A stretch of 64,000 nt of DNA, taken from the NCBI RefSeq assembly GCF_009914755.1, contig NC_060930.1. The stretch is one strand, 5' to 3'. The translations under genes and the position numbers were made by a program. Positions 14,051-30,427 of this stretch are shown here, piece by piece. This DNA comes from the human T2T-CHM13v2.0 reference genome, Homo sapiens. Under the pieces are notes generated by a model. It searched no databases. It was not told where the DNA came from and saw only the letters and a program-made list of their open reading frames with translations. Positions within the stretch are counted from its first letter, which is position 1. Each line of letters starts with the position of its first letter.

Positions 14051-15090
14051 TTATTATGTTTCACCCCTTTCACAGTGAATAGCACACGACCTTGCCCATG
14101 CAGTTATTTAGTAGGAATTTCTTACAGATTTCTTAATTTTTTGCATATAGTAGGTGAAACAGATATTTTATACACAGTTTTCTTTTAAAAACTCTTGATT
14201 ATTTATATAATCCATGGATGGCATTATCTAGTTCAGTGGCTTTCTATACAAATATACCTGTAGCTGTACTTTACTTTAATCCATTAGGGATGCTATGCTT
14301 TAGGAATGGTTTAGTAATATCCTTAAACATGCCTTACCTTGACTAGGCTATTACTTGAGCAATAAAAGAAGAGCAGACTTTGCCAAAATAAAATATTGAG
14401 TGTAAACTGTATCCCAGATAAGATGAAATAAGTATTAATAATGAAACTTGGGCTTATAATTTAAATCCTCTAGGGCATTTTGTGAATGTGCATGATTAAT
14501 TCTGTTTATGAAATTTTGTTGCTTTTTACTGAAAACAAAATTTGAAACTTTCAAGGTTCAGTAACTAAACCTTGAGGGTAATAACATATGCAGTCTGTGC
14601 TCACTGTGCAATAGTATAACTTTTTTTTTTAAAATCTCAATTTTCTTCTAGGGTATTTTTTGATTGAGATATCTCTCTCCCTGCTAGAGTTGCAGGTGGA
14701 ATTACCTTCCTGCTAAAGAAAACCTAGCTCTTTACAACTGGCTCTTTGTTGAAACTAAGTAAAGAAATTTAACGATTAAAAATAAATAATAAATTTGAAA
14801 GAACAAAATTAAGATTGTCACCAGTAAGATTATGTTTACAGAGACTCTCCAGTCCTAATAAATAATATTAGATAAGACTCTAATAACTTTGACCAGTATT
14901 CTTCCTGATTAAATTTGAAGCGAATCACCTAAATTTTTGATGTTTAATGACTCTGTATTAATTCTCTTCATTCCTAGGAAAAGTAGGAGGATAAGGGTAA
15001 ACATTTAAAATTGTACACAAATAAAAAAATGGACAAAGTTGTTTTTAAAAGTGGAACTCCTATCCTCAAAGAGCATATTTTAATTACCAA

Positions 15091-15393
15091 AACAAGTTCT
15101 AGTATTTGATATTACAGTAGGAAAATTACTGTAACAAAACATGTGTTAACAACACATGTGTTACCTTGCCTTGGCCTTACAGTACAGTAGGGGAATTATA
15201 GCTAACAACCGTTTATAATATATTTCAAAGTATCTTGAAAAGAAGAAGTATAATGTTCTCAACACAAATAAATAATAAATGCTTGAGGTTATGTATATCC
15301 CAATTTCCCTTATTTCACCATCACACATTGTATACAGGTATCAAAATAGCACGTGTATCCCCAAAACATATACATTAGATATCAATTAAAAAG
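15091..15393 (+). mobile_element. L1MA 3' end fragment
   Basis: 'aacaagttctagtatttgata', 'tgttctcaacacaaataaataataaatgcttgaggttatgtatatcccaatttccc', 'acacattgtatacaggtatcaaaatagcacgtgtatcccc'. Confidence 0.85.
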
Positions 15394-16062
15394 TAAACAG
15401 TTGTACTGCTATGAGATCAGAAAGACAGTCTGCTAAGGTTTTGTTTGTTTTTGTTTTTTCCCTAGGGTTTGGGTAGAAAATATGCAAAGCCTAATGGTGA
15501 TCTTTAAAGGTTACCTGTAATGTCACAGAATAACTCCAAGTTGAAAAAGAAAGCTTAAGTAATAGCCTGGAAAATAGTTCATATAATTTATCAATATAGA
15601 TTAAAAAGATTTGTCATAATTTGTTTCCTATCATTCACCCTCTACTTCTTTCATCCTAAAAGCACACAAATGATTTTCAGAAGCCTATGCTCCTACAATA
15701 TAATGCATGCCTCATTGAATCTGATATTATAATTGGTTCTTGAGTGGGTCTCAGTTATCAAAACCAATTGTAATCAAATCCCATATTCTTGGCCAATGAT
15801 TATTTAAAGAAATTAGATGAAAACAAAGCAACAACTAGTTGGTTCTCATGAGCACATCACATTACTGGTTCAATGACATTGTACAAAATGACATTCATTT
15901 TATCTCTTGGGGTTCTAGTTGTTGATGGCAGTAATCTTGTTTTTTCTTGGAGACAGAGTGAGAACGTTCAGAAGTGAATGGAACCAAGAGAATCAAGAGA
16001 CATAAAGTCAGTGCTGTGTTTTCCCTTTTCCTTCTGTGGATTTGTCTATGATGTAAAATGAT

Positions 16063-16447
16063 TGCATTAGTCAGGGTTCTCCAGAGAAACATAACCAGTA
16101 GAAGATGTGAGAATGAGATAAATTATTTTAAAAATTGGCTCATGCAATTGTGGAGGCTGGCAAGCCACCCAGAGAAAAGTTGATATTGCAGTCTTGATCC
16201 TAAAGGCAGTGTAGAGGCAAAATTTCTGATGTCCTCTTAGGGACATGAGTCTTTTGTTTTAAGGTCTTCAACTGACTGAATGAGGCCCACCCACATTATG
16301 AAGGGTAATCTGCCTTACTCAAAGTATGCTGACTTAAAAGTTAATTACATGTAAAAAATACTTTCATAGGAACATCTCAACCAGGATTTGACCAAATAAC
16401 TAGGTACTAAAGCCTAGCCAAGTTGACACATAAAATTAACCATCACA
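16063..16447 (-). mobile_element. MLT2 (B/C/D-type) solo LTR, probably inside an older MLT1 remnant
   Basis: 'tgcattagtcagggttctccagagaaaca' ... 'aagttgacacataaaattaaccatcaca'. TSD ATGAT/ATGAC. Confidence 0.88.
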
Positions 16448-17163
16448 ATGACTCTTCTTAGTTTGAAGCCACTTTGAGTTGAGATTTTTGATATTTCCAA
16501 AAGCCTCCTAACTAATATTATGAAAAAGCAGGAGAGAAACTTGACAGCAAACAAGAGTAAAAATGGATAAATAAATACGAGACACAAAAGGAATGAGTTG
16601 ACTGATGATTTGCAGTCTGTTTCAATATCCCTTGCATTATATTTCTGTAAAATTCATAAGACTGTAGATTTTCTTCCAATTTTTGTACAAGTGTAGAAAT
16701 TTCTATTATATGAAAACATTAGAAAAACAAGATTACCTTGTTTCGTATCCAGATATGTAGTTGTATCAATTTAGTAAGGAAACTCATTCAATTGATTCTG
16801 ATATTTAATTATCATATTAATACATCTTATAAATTTTATATGGCTTGACCTGGGTGGAAGATAGACATAGGCAAGAACGATTATGTTGTTATTTAATCCA
16901 CTAGACTCTTGTTCTGCACATTTCTTTTGTTCAGCATTAACTTTTAAAAATATACATACTTTATAGGAGAACAATAATCCTGACTCTGTTTCTGGGAAAA
17001 TCCTTCCAGCAGAATGTAATGCTACATGATGATTGAAATCTTGTCTATAATGAAATAGTTGGATCATGTCCTTATGAACCTATGATCTCAGAATAAGGGT
17101 AACAGAATAAGATGATTCACTGTTTCACATGTAAATCTGTGAATATGAAGTCTAAATAATGAC

Positions 17164-17425
17164 TCCCTTTATGAAAGGAAGAGAAAGATATCCTCAAATA
17201 TTTTAGTGGTCAGAAACTAAAATAACCGTGTCCTTAAAAAAAATTAATTAAAGGCGTTCCTCAGCTAACAATAAGATAAATCAAAATAAAAAAGCCAAAG
17301 AGAAATGTTGTTATCCAAAAGCTACCAGGGAAAATTAATATTGGTTAAACACAAAACTATATAAATAATTATAATATAAAATTAAAGTTGGATGTATTGA
17401 AAGAGATATCAATTTTTGAATAATA
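17164..17425 (+). repeat. Copy 1 of a ~260-bp local dispersed duplication
   Basis: About 90% identical by hand alignment to 20207-20470, including a 50-nt exact core. Confidence 0.95.
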
Positions 17426-18940
17426 TGATAAAATTTTAAAATAATTTTAGACTTTATTTTTAGTAATATCTTCCCTATACATGCAGTCATAACTTGCTAT
17501 GGAAGCTGGGCTTTTTATATAATCTACATAATTTAAGAAATAGTTTCCAATATATAAACATATACATTTGTCCCCGATTTTTCAATCACTGAATCAATTT
17601 ATTTGTATTCCTATTATAAATTTATCTCTTTTCCAGTAAATATTTTTATTCCTACTGTAATTTCTCTCTTTCCCATTAACTATAACACATATGTTAGGAT
17701 CTTTTTTTAAACATCATGACATTTTTGCTTCAAAATTTCATAAATCTATCAAAAAAGTTACAACTTTTAATGATATCAAATAGAATACCATTATATAGAA
17801 TATTGTATAGTCCACTCTTATGTACTTCTTTTATAAGTTCTTGATCCATAACATAACTATTTCTGGACAAAATAAAGAGGGTGTTTATATAAGCAATAGC
17901 AGCAGGAATGGAATTTTCCATGCAAGATTTCCTAGGATTTCCCATGTTGTTCATAAAATCTGATGAATTATACTTTTAAACTTATAATTCTCATATAAAA
18001 CTATTAGAAGCTCCTATACCCTACTTATGCTCTTTCTTCAAAAAAGTGGAGGTATAAATTAAGTTTCCTATTGTAATGGGTACTCAAAGACTCTTTCTAT
18101 CAACCAGGGTCTTCTTGTGTTTACACAGGAAGGACAAAAGTTTCCTATGATAGGTCACATACAATAAAATGCCTTATTCAAGTTTGACATAACAGGTCAA
18201 AGTAAAAATATGGCAGGTCCTTCTGCGGGTATATTTTTATATTAAATCAACTTAATTTTTCCTGGAAAATTGTAATTAAGAAATCTAAATAACCCTTTTA
18301 ATTCCTTTTGTAAGTAAAATGATATTGGCAAAGCAAAGACAATCATAGGCCAATTACCATCATTTAGCGTTTCCTGAGCTAAATATTGACAGATAAGAGA
18401 GGATCTTGCTTGTAACAGAGGCCTTTGTTTAATATGCAAATTTCGATATAAATTTCCCACATGTACTGACTACTTAATTTTATGTACCTATTCATTATCA
18501 GAATTATATTTAATTATTAAATATGATTAATCTTCTTTTTGCAGTTGAAGTAATTTGACAGTAAGTGACTTTTCCTGGATAAAACATCAGTTTACAAAGA
18601 TGTACAATTAGATTTTGGTACACCTAGGGTAATCAAGAAGAATTTTTAGTTTCAAAGGCTTTTTTCTGTGTTTACTGAAGTGCTAGGTATCTTATAAAAT
18701 TTTAGACTTCTAATGCTACTAAGCCAGAAGTTCAAAAACTTGGTCTATAGGTCTATAGGTAGCTTTACTATACAAAGAGACAAACATTGGCAGTCAACAC
18801 AGAGTAGTACTTATGTAGTCAGATCAGTTTTAAAATAGGCAGAATAAAAAGTACGTAAGTAAGTGGTATTGAAGAAAACATCATAATGCCCAAATTTCCT
18901 TTTGGTTAAAACATTACCTTAGTAAATTCCATTAAAAGCA

Positions 18941-19038
18941 GCCGAGATCGCGCCACTGCACTCCAACCTGGGAGACACAGCGAGACTCCGTCTCAAAAAA
19001 AAATAAAAAAATAAAAAAATAAAAAAATAAAAAAAAAT
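18941..19038 (+). mobile_element. Severely 5'-truncated young Alu (AluY-type, ~54 nt body plus A7T-patterned tail)
   Basis: 'gccgagatcgcgccactgcactccaacctgggagacacagcgagactccgtctc' plus tail. TSD AAAAGCAGCC at 18934-18943 and 19039-19048, at a TT/AAAA site. Confidence 0.95.
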
Positions 19039-20206
19039 AAAAGCAGCCATATCAAGTCTGAGGAATGATTCAGATCAGTTCTCTCAGCATGAAGATTAAA
19101 GATTTTAATTACTCAACTCTTCTTTCCTATCTTCTGGCTAATATATATAATGAGTCAAATGGCGAATTAAATATTATTATTGGTAGTTCGATAATCCCAG
19201 AAGAATGGAACCTCCCTACTGGCTGAATGGGAATATAGAGTTCAAAGTAAGCGACTACCTCTAATCTAGGCTTTGGAATTAACCTATAAAGAGAGCTGAG
19301 CCTACAAAGTGGATTTTAGGTTTGCATGTGCATCTTATATGCCTTAGAAACCCAGTCACTAGCAACACAGAGAGTACAAGAATGATACAGTTAGTGAAAG
19401 ACTTTACTGTTATAAAGAATGAAAACTGCATCTCAGAAAATATACTCTCCCCAATCAAATTAGATTAGCTGTTTAAGGGGAAGGAATGGGTAATTAGATA
19501 CAGAGACAAACCATTAGACTTCATTCTGATATCCCTTATATTCTCAGTGGCAATCTCCACTCTAGCCTGTGGAAACATCTTAAAAACCTTAAAATAACAA
19601 TAACAAGAACAACACTAGTATTGTTTTTCTTGTTATTATTTTGTGTACCTATTAAGCAACTTATAATCACATAAACTGCAGTTTTCAAAGGAATGTCCTG
19701 AGATATAAAATTGGCTGCCTATACATGTGAAAACAGAACAAAAGTCCAGCCTAAAACAAAAAGTGAAACTCTTTCCATCTCTACTCTTTATCACTTAAAA
19801 TTGAGTAAGATAATTGAAGTCAACAGTAGTTAGTGTAACGAGCAAAGCTGACAATGCACAAGTTAAGCAAGTTTTGTAGTGAGCAAATTTGAAAAGTTTA
19901 CTCAGGACTCAGAAAACTAGGCTAAGATTTGAAAATGAGACAGAAGCTGATAGAAAAAAAAAACAGATGTTTTTGAAAATGAAATTGAGAATATGGAACA
20001 TAATTATCTGTTGAATTAATTACAGGATATCCACAGCTCTATGCACATTGACACAATGTTGAAATTAAAATTCAACAGAAATTATCCTATAAGCATTTAT
20101 ATTGACAAAAAATCTAGAAATAACCAGCTATAAGATTTTCTACTCAGACAATAAATATTAGAAGAAAATGAGTTTCTGCTCCAAGAAATGTATATCCAGA
20201 TAAATT

Positions 20207-20470
20207 TCCATTTATGAAAGCAAGAGAAAGATATCCTCAAATATTTTGGTAGTCAGAAAGTAAAATAACCACATCCTTAAAAATTATTAATTAAAGTGTT
20301 TCCTCAGCTAACAATAAGGTAAATCAAATAAGAAAGCCAAAGAAAAATTTTGTTATCCAGAAGCTACCAGGGAAAATTAATATTGGTTAAACACAAAACT
20401 ATATAAATAACTATAATATAGAATTAAAGTTGGATGTATTGAAAGAAAATATACTAATTTTTAAATAATA
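20207..20470 (+). repeat. Copy 2 of the ~260-bp duplication, embedded in A-rich ancient L1-like sequence (~19600-20470)
   Basis: Direct alignment to 17164-17425. Confidence 0.95.
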
Positions 20471-20486
20471 ATTTCATAAAAACTTG

Positions 20487-21344
20487 TTTTTTTGTGAACA
20501 CAATTTTATCTCATTTTTACATTGGCAAATAATACTGTATGTGGTTACCATAGACAACATATTGTTTTGAAGTGTATATATACATCGTGGAATTACCAAC
20601 TCCAGCTAATTAGCATATGCATTACCTCACATAATTATCATTTTTGTAGTAAGAATACATTACATCTACTCTCTCAGCATTTTTAAGAATACAATATATT
20701 TTTTACTATGGTCACAAGATATCTATTTTGTGGTTGTAAAATATTGTATTCTAAAGCCCAAGTGCATACATCTATTTTACAGTTGTAAAATAGATGTCTT
20801 GAGCTTATTCTTCCTATCTAATGAAGTTTTGTAGCCATTGACTAATGTATCTTCAACCACCCATATCACACACACAACCTCACCAGCCCCTGGCAACCTC
20901 TAGTCAGCTTTTCTTCTACAAGATCAACTATTTTAGATTTCATATATGAGTGAGATTATGCAGTATTTGTCTTTCTTTGCATGGTTTATTTTAATTAACA
21001 TAAGGTCCTTCAGGTTCATTTATGTTGTCACAAATAACAGGATTTTCCTTCTTTTTGTGGCTGAATAGTATTCCATGGTGTTTATGTACCACATTTTCTC
21101 TAGCCATTGATCCACTAATGGACACTTGGATTAATCCCATATCTGGTTATTGCAAATAATGCTGCAATAAACATGAGAGTGCAGTTACCCTTTCAGCATA
21201 CTGAATTCTGTTTCTTCAATATATATACTCCATAGTGAGATTGCAGAATGTGGTAGTTCTATTTTAAAAATTTTGAGGAACCTCCATACCATTTTTCATA
21301 ATGGCTGTACTAATTTACCTTCCCACCAACAGTATGCTAGGGTT
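20487..21344 (-). mobile_element. L1MA (L1MA7-9-like) 3' region
   Basis: 'gctaattagcatatgcattacctcacataattatcatttttgtagtaagaatac', 'gtggctgaatagtattccatggtg', 'ttttgaggaacctccataccatttttcataatggctgtactaattt'. Confidence 0.88.
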
Positions 21345-21349
21345 GACTA

Positions 21350-24507
<3,158 letters not shown>

Positions 24508-25705
24508 CCTATTTGTTTTTTAGAAGCATGCTATTTAATTTTCATGTATTTGTGAATTTTCCCATGTTTCTCCTGTTACTTATTGTTTTATATTATTGTG
24601 GCCAAAAGTATATTTGATATAATTAAATTTTCTTAATTTTGTTTATATCTGCTCTATGGCCTAAATTGTGATCAATCTATCCCAGAAAATGTTTTATGTG
24701 CAGTTGAGAAGTATGTGTATTCTGTACCTGTTGGATGGAATTCTGTATATGTCTGTTATGTCATTTGATCTACAATGTAGTTTAATTTTGATTTTTATTG
24801 ATTTTTTGTCTGGATGATCTGTTCATTGCTGAAAATGAAGTATTAACACCCCCTACTATTATTGTATCACAGTCTACTCTCTCTTTAGTTTTTAATATTT
24901 GTTTTATATACTTAGGTGCTTCAATGTTGGGTGGATATATATTTACAATCATTATATTCTCATTGTTGATATAACTTTCAATATATAATAACTTTTTTCT
25001 CTTTTTAGAGTTTTGAGCTCTATTTCATCTTGAATGAATATAGCTACTCCTTGTTTTTTTTGGTTTCCATTATCACATAATATCATTTTTTATTCCTTTA
25101 ATTTCAGTCTATGTATGTCCTTAAAGCTAAAGTGAGTCTCTTTTAGGCTGCAAATATTTGGGTCTTGTTTTTGTTTTTGTTTATTTAAAATCTATTAAGT
25201 CACACTATATCTTTTGATTGGAGAATTAAATCTGTTTACATTATAGGTAATTATTAATAGGTTAAAAACTTACTATTGGCATTTTGTTAATTTCTTTCAA
25301 GTTGTTTTGTAGAACCTTTCTCTACTGTTGTCTTATTTTGTGGCTTTGTTAGTGGTATATTTTGATTCCTTGCTTTTTGAGTTTCTGTGCATCTACTATG
25401 GTTGTGATTATGATGAGGCTTACAAAATATATGTAATATTTATAACAGGCTATTTTAAGCTGAGAATGATATAATTCAGATTACAAAAACAAAACAAATA
25501 AACAAAAAAACCTCTACACTACTCCTCCCTCCATATTTTGAAACTTTGATGACACAATTTACATCTTTTTATATTGCATGTGTCTTATTTTAGCTATTAT
25601 TTATATTATTTTTGACTTTTAACCTTTCTATTAAGGATGTAGTGATTTATACTTCATCATTACAGTATTATGGTATTCTGAATTTGATTATGTACATACA
25701 TTTTG
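24508..25705 (-). mobile_element. Older L1M ORF2 endonuclease/inter-ORF region
   Basis: 'gcagttgagaagtatgtgtattctgtacctgttggatggaattc', 'ctggatgatctgttcattgctgaaaatgaagtattaa', 'aggtgcttcaatgttgggtggatatatatttacaat'. Confidence 0.85.
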
Positions 25706-25719
25706 GGCAACTTCTTCTA

Positions 25720-26225
25720 TTTTTTTTCTCTAACTGGTATCAATCATTTCAAGCTGCTGTAATGTTAAACAATTGCCACTTAACTGTTTTTGGTAAACAT
25801 CCTGGGGATAGAGTTTTTGCCACTGAGTAAGCTCTGAATTAGGTTGAATAACAATAAGCCCTATGAATGGGGTCATCCTCAGTTTGCTGTGGATGAAGTT
25901 TTTGAGGGCCTATAAACTTGATCTGCCCCTTTTAGTGGCTTCTAAGTCACAAGGTTTTACAAGTGCCACCGTTGCAAGTGTGCTGTTTTTCAAGAGTACT
26001 ATGGAGCTGGGGAGTGAAATGAGAATAGGGAAAGTTAAATGCCACAAAGCTCAATGTTTTTACCGAGATTCAGAAGCATTTCTGGAAGAAATACTGCTTA
26101 AATTGTTGCAAGTCTTTAATTTAATTTCCATGCTTTTAAAAAAGGCAATGTTGTCAAATGTCATTTATTTTCTTTTTGCTTTTATGGAGGAATGGATTTT
26201 CAAAGGTCTTTACCACCACAGAAGA
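25720..26225 (-). mobile_element. Ancient L1 (L1MC/L1MD-type) 5' end
   Basis: The reverse complement 'ctgaatctcggtaaaaacattgagctttgtggc' matches the + strand L1 5' end near 49145 ('ctgaatctcagtaacaacagtgaaatttgtggc'). Confidence 0.65.
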
Positions 26226-27298
26226 GGCATATATCGAAAATTTGAAACTTAGATTAAAATAAACAATTGCTATAAAAAAACACTTGGCAAAACTGTCTCC
26301 AGATGACTTGAGAAACATCTATAATATTATATTTTTAGGAAATTTAGACAGTGGTTAGTAATATTTCCATGAAGAATATACAGGTGCAGTGTCTTCACTG
26401 GTGAATTGTTATAAACATCCAGCTTAAAAAAATTAGGAAAAGAGGAATTCCAAGGTTACGCAAATCTTTTAGAATAGAAAAGCAGGATTACTCATATCGT
26501 TTTATGAAGTTACCATAAAACATATAGTTACACCTGGCAGAGACAACACTGAGAGAAAAATTAAGTCTGGTCTTGCAATTGAACATATATGCAAGAATCC
26601 TAAACTATTCCAGGTAATAGAAATTGATGTCAAATTAATTGTAATTAATTTGATGAGAAATTTAATAAGAAAAACTTTCCATAATAAGTGTTGAAAATAA
26701 AATATATATATAATTATTTTCACATATGCAATGAAAATCCACTTAATAAAATTTAACATCCATTCAAGATTAAAAAAAAAACTCACGGTAAACTAATATA
26801 GGGGACTTCTTTATTCTGTTAAAGCTTATCTGCAATAAAACCTGCAGCGAGCATTATTTTTGATACGCTTTAGAAATATTTTCCTAGAGATATAAAACAA
26901 GGCAAAGTGTCTCTTGATGCCTACTGGCATTTTATTAAATGGCATGGCCAATATATGAGGCCAGAAAAATTAATATAATGTGTATGGATTGGAAAAGAAG
27001 GAATACAATCTGTCATTATTTGGAGATTATATGACTGTGTACATAGAAAACAGCTAATAAATCATTAAAACTAAGAAGAGCTTAAAAATCAATACAGAAC
27101 TTATTTGTAGTTCCATATGTCACAGCAACAATAACAGCTACAAAACCCTCAAAATTTCATTAGCATAAAACTACTATTTACCTAAAAATATATCTAATAC
27201 CAGATTTGCAAGCTCTGTACAGAGAAAAATGTAAACCTTTACTGGGAGTAATTTAAAATATGTGTCAATAAATGGATATATTGATGTGCTGTAGACTT

Positions 27299-27374
27299 TA
27301 TGTTATATATATATGTTATATATATATATGTTATATGTTATATATTATGTTTTATATATATATATATATATATA
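27299..27374. repeat. (TA)n / TATGT low-complexity microsatellite
   Basis: Directly visible. Confidence 0.9.
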
Positions 27375-28263
27375 ATCTTTACCCCAACTGATGTACACAG
27401 TACAATGTCAACTGATATCTAATGATTTGTGCATGTGAAAATTGACAAGCTGGACTCTTAAATCTGTAGGAAAATGCAAATGTCAAGAATATTCAGGATA
27501 TTCCTAGAGTATTCCCAGAGAAGTATAAGAAAAATGGGACAACTCACTTCACTGGAAAACAAGAAATTCTATTGTCTATGGAAAATATAGTTAATATTTT
27601 GGCTTATGGATTGACAATTCAACAAAAGAGAAAATATCTCAGAAACAGACCTACACACTTTGGATACTTGCATACGAGAGAGGTTTTGTAGATCCACGGG
27701 AAAAGGACATCTGTTTCAATATATGGTGCTGGGACAATTAGATATCATACAGAAGAAAATAGAACAGACATACAAAAATAAGAAAAAAACAAATCTATAA
27801 CATTTGCAAATATATTTACAAAAGAGGAGCCAAATAAACTTTGCAGAAATAAAAGTTAATCCCATTAGTCATGACTAAAATACAGTTTAAGATCACAATG
27901 ACTTAAAATTGTGAACATTAAAGAAAGGTAGCATTTAACATTCTGACAAAACCAACTGGTGACAAGTATGTGGAGCAACAGAAATTCTAATATACTGTTA
28001 TTCAGAATCTACATTTTACAACCAACTGCCATTGTCTGGTAAAAAACAAAACAAAACTTGATCCAGAATTCTGCTAAGTGCACTCATAAATTCTCCAGAA
28101 TACCTGGCCCCAAAATGCACATAACTACACAACTTGTAAGACCTCTGAATTAGAAATAACTCAAAATTTCATCAACATTACATGGCAATATGGTGGAGTA
28201 AACATTCAGTAGGATAGTATAGGAAATGAATAAACAGCAATGCATTAACATTGTTGCATTTTA

Positions 28264-28680
<417 letters not shown>

Positions 28681-30002
28681 TTAAGAAAGCAGTTATCATG
28701 ATAAAACTGTTTTGAAATATTAGTAATAATTATAGCATAGGATAGTGGTTACCTGTAGGGAGGGGCTGGAGGTGGTTGTGAAAAGGAAGGGACACAAAGA
28801 GGGTTTGGGGATAGCTTCCAATGTTTTATTTATGACAAATTGGGTGGTTACATGGAAGGTCACTTAATAAGTGTTTGTTAATCCATACATAGATATTTTA
28901 TGCAAGTACATTTTCTCAGTATATGTTGCATTTCTCAATAAAGTTGTTAAAAATGAAGCATAAAATAAAACAAGTTTGAAAAATTAGCTGATTCTTGCAA
29001 TCAAGCTATAATAATATGAAAGTGTGTATAATCTTACTTCATGAAGGGAAAGCATGATGTGTAGTTAGAGTAGTTCATTCAAGACACTTAAAGAATAATA
29101 AAATATATATGCTTTGGAATAAGTTTTATTTCCACTATTTTCTATATTGGTAGCTGCTCCCTAATTCTATGTCATCTTCTGTGCTCTTTTCCCTGCACTT
29201 TGGACTCAGAAATCCTAGCTTGCTCCACCTTGCTGGTCTTTGGCTTCCCAGCTTTTTTCACCTGTAGAGTGGCGATTTCAGACTTCATCACTTTCCACTC
29301 TCTAATCAACCTCTGTCATTTTTTTTCTGCTTTCAAGCATTTCCAGTGATGCTTGAAATGCTTTTCTTTGGCTTTTTTACCCTCTCCACTTATTGTTCTC
29401 ATTTTGCTTTCTTTTCAATTCCAAATACTTGGAGTGTATATTCTTTTCCTGCTATTTCCATTTAGTTTGTCCTGGGCTCACGCTAAATTGGTTTTGTCTG
29501 AGGTCACACATGTGATAGTGTCCAGTGACCTCTTCAAACGCATCTCCCATCCCTCTTCTCTTCCAAACTGCATTCATGTTTGTACTGCAAACAGCACAGC
29601 TAGTCATCCTCCCATTTTCAGCCTTTCTCTCCAGGTTCAGTATTGATTCGGCATTAATTTTGACCTATTTTTGTAATTTCTTTAGTAACTCTTCCTCTAT
29701 ACTTTCTAGTTAAAATGAGAAACCCACCAGTTTATATCTTTAAATATCAGCTTTCTTCATTATACTTACTCTCTTAGTTAATTTACCTTTGGATTTTATC
29801 AGTTGTGTATAATTGATCTATGTATTACCTTTTCTCCATTAAATTTGTAGATAACATATTCTTCATGTACATCTGCAAGAAAAATATTTTGCATTTGGTA
29901 TTTGCTTCTTTTATACTCTATACGGAAGCAGTCACTGAATTTTCCACTTCTTATTTTACGACAGTAAAACTGATTAAAAGCTATGAAATGGCTAAGTGGG
30001 GT

Positions 30003-30350
30003 TGTATCAATCAGGTTTAAAAATAATCTTCTTAAATTAGCCAGAGAGTAAACGATGTGCTGCAGCAACCAAAAACCTACAAATCTCAGTACCTTACAAT
30101 AACAAAGGCTTAATTCTTGCTCACATGCTACGTATTCATAATGGATTGGCTTAGGGCTTGCTCCATGTTGTCTTTAGCCCAGAACTAATTTGACAGAAAA
30201 AAATCTCTGGAATATTAATATTCTTAGAACACGGAAAGAAAAATAACACAATGAACACTATGCTGATTTTCAAAGCAACATTTCTGAAAGGAATTTTACC
30301 CTCAGTCACTTTTTATTGGCCAGAGCAAGTCACATTGACTTCTATGAACC
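30003..30350 (-). mobile_element. Old MLT1 (I/J/K-like) LTR fragment
   Basis: 'tgtgctgcagcaaccaaaaacctacaaatctcagtaccttacaataacaaaggcttaattcttgctcacatg', 'ttttattggccagagcaagtcacat'. Confidence 0.65.
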
Positions 30351-30427
30351 AAGCAGTTAACAATTCAAACTAATATAACAAAGTAATCTAAAATAAAAAT
30401 AACTTAGAGAAAAGAGGACTTGTCCAC

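Noticed and set aside
18423-18441. Sox-like CTTTGTT next to octamer ATGCAAAT
   Set aside because: The 4-bp spacing does not match the known 0- or 3-bp Sox-Oct composites, and such motifs are frequent in AT-rich DNA.
25863-26252. 129-aa ORF
   Set aside because: Antisense to an ancient L1 5' end; no recognisable domain.
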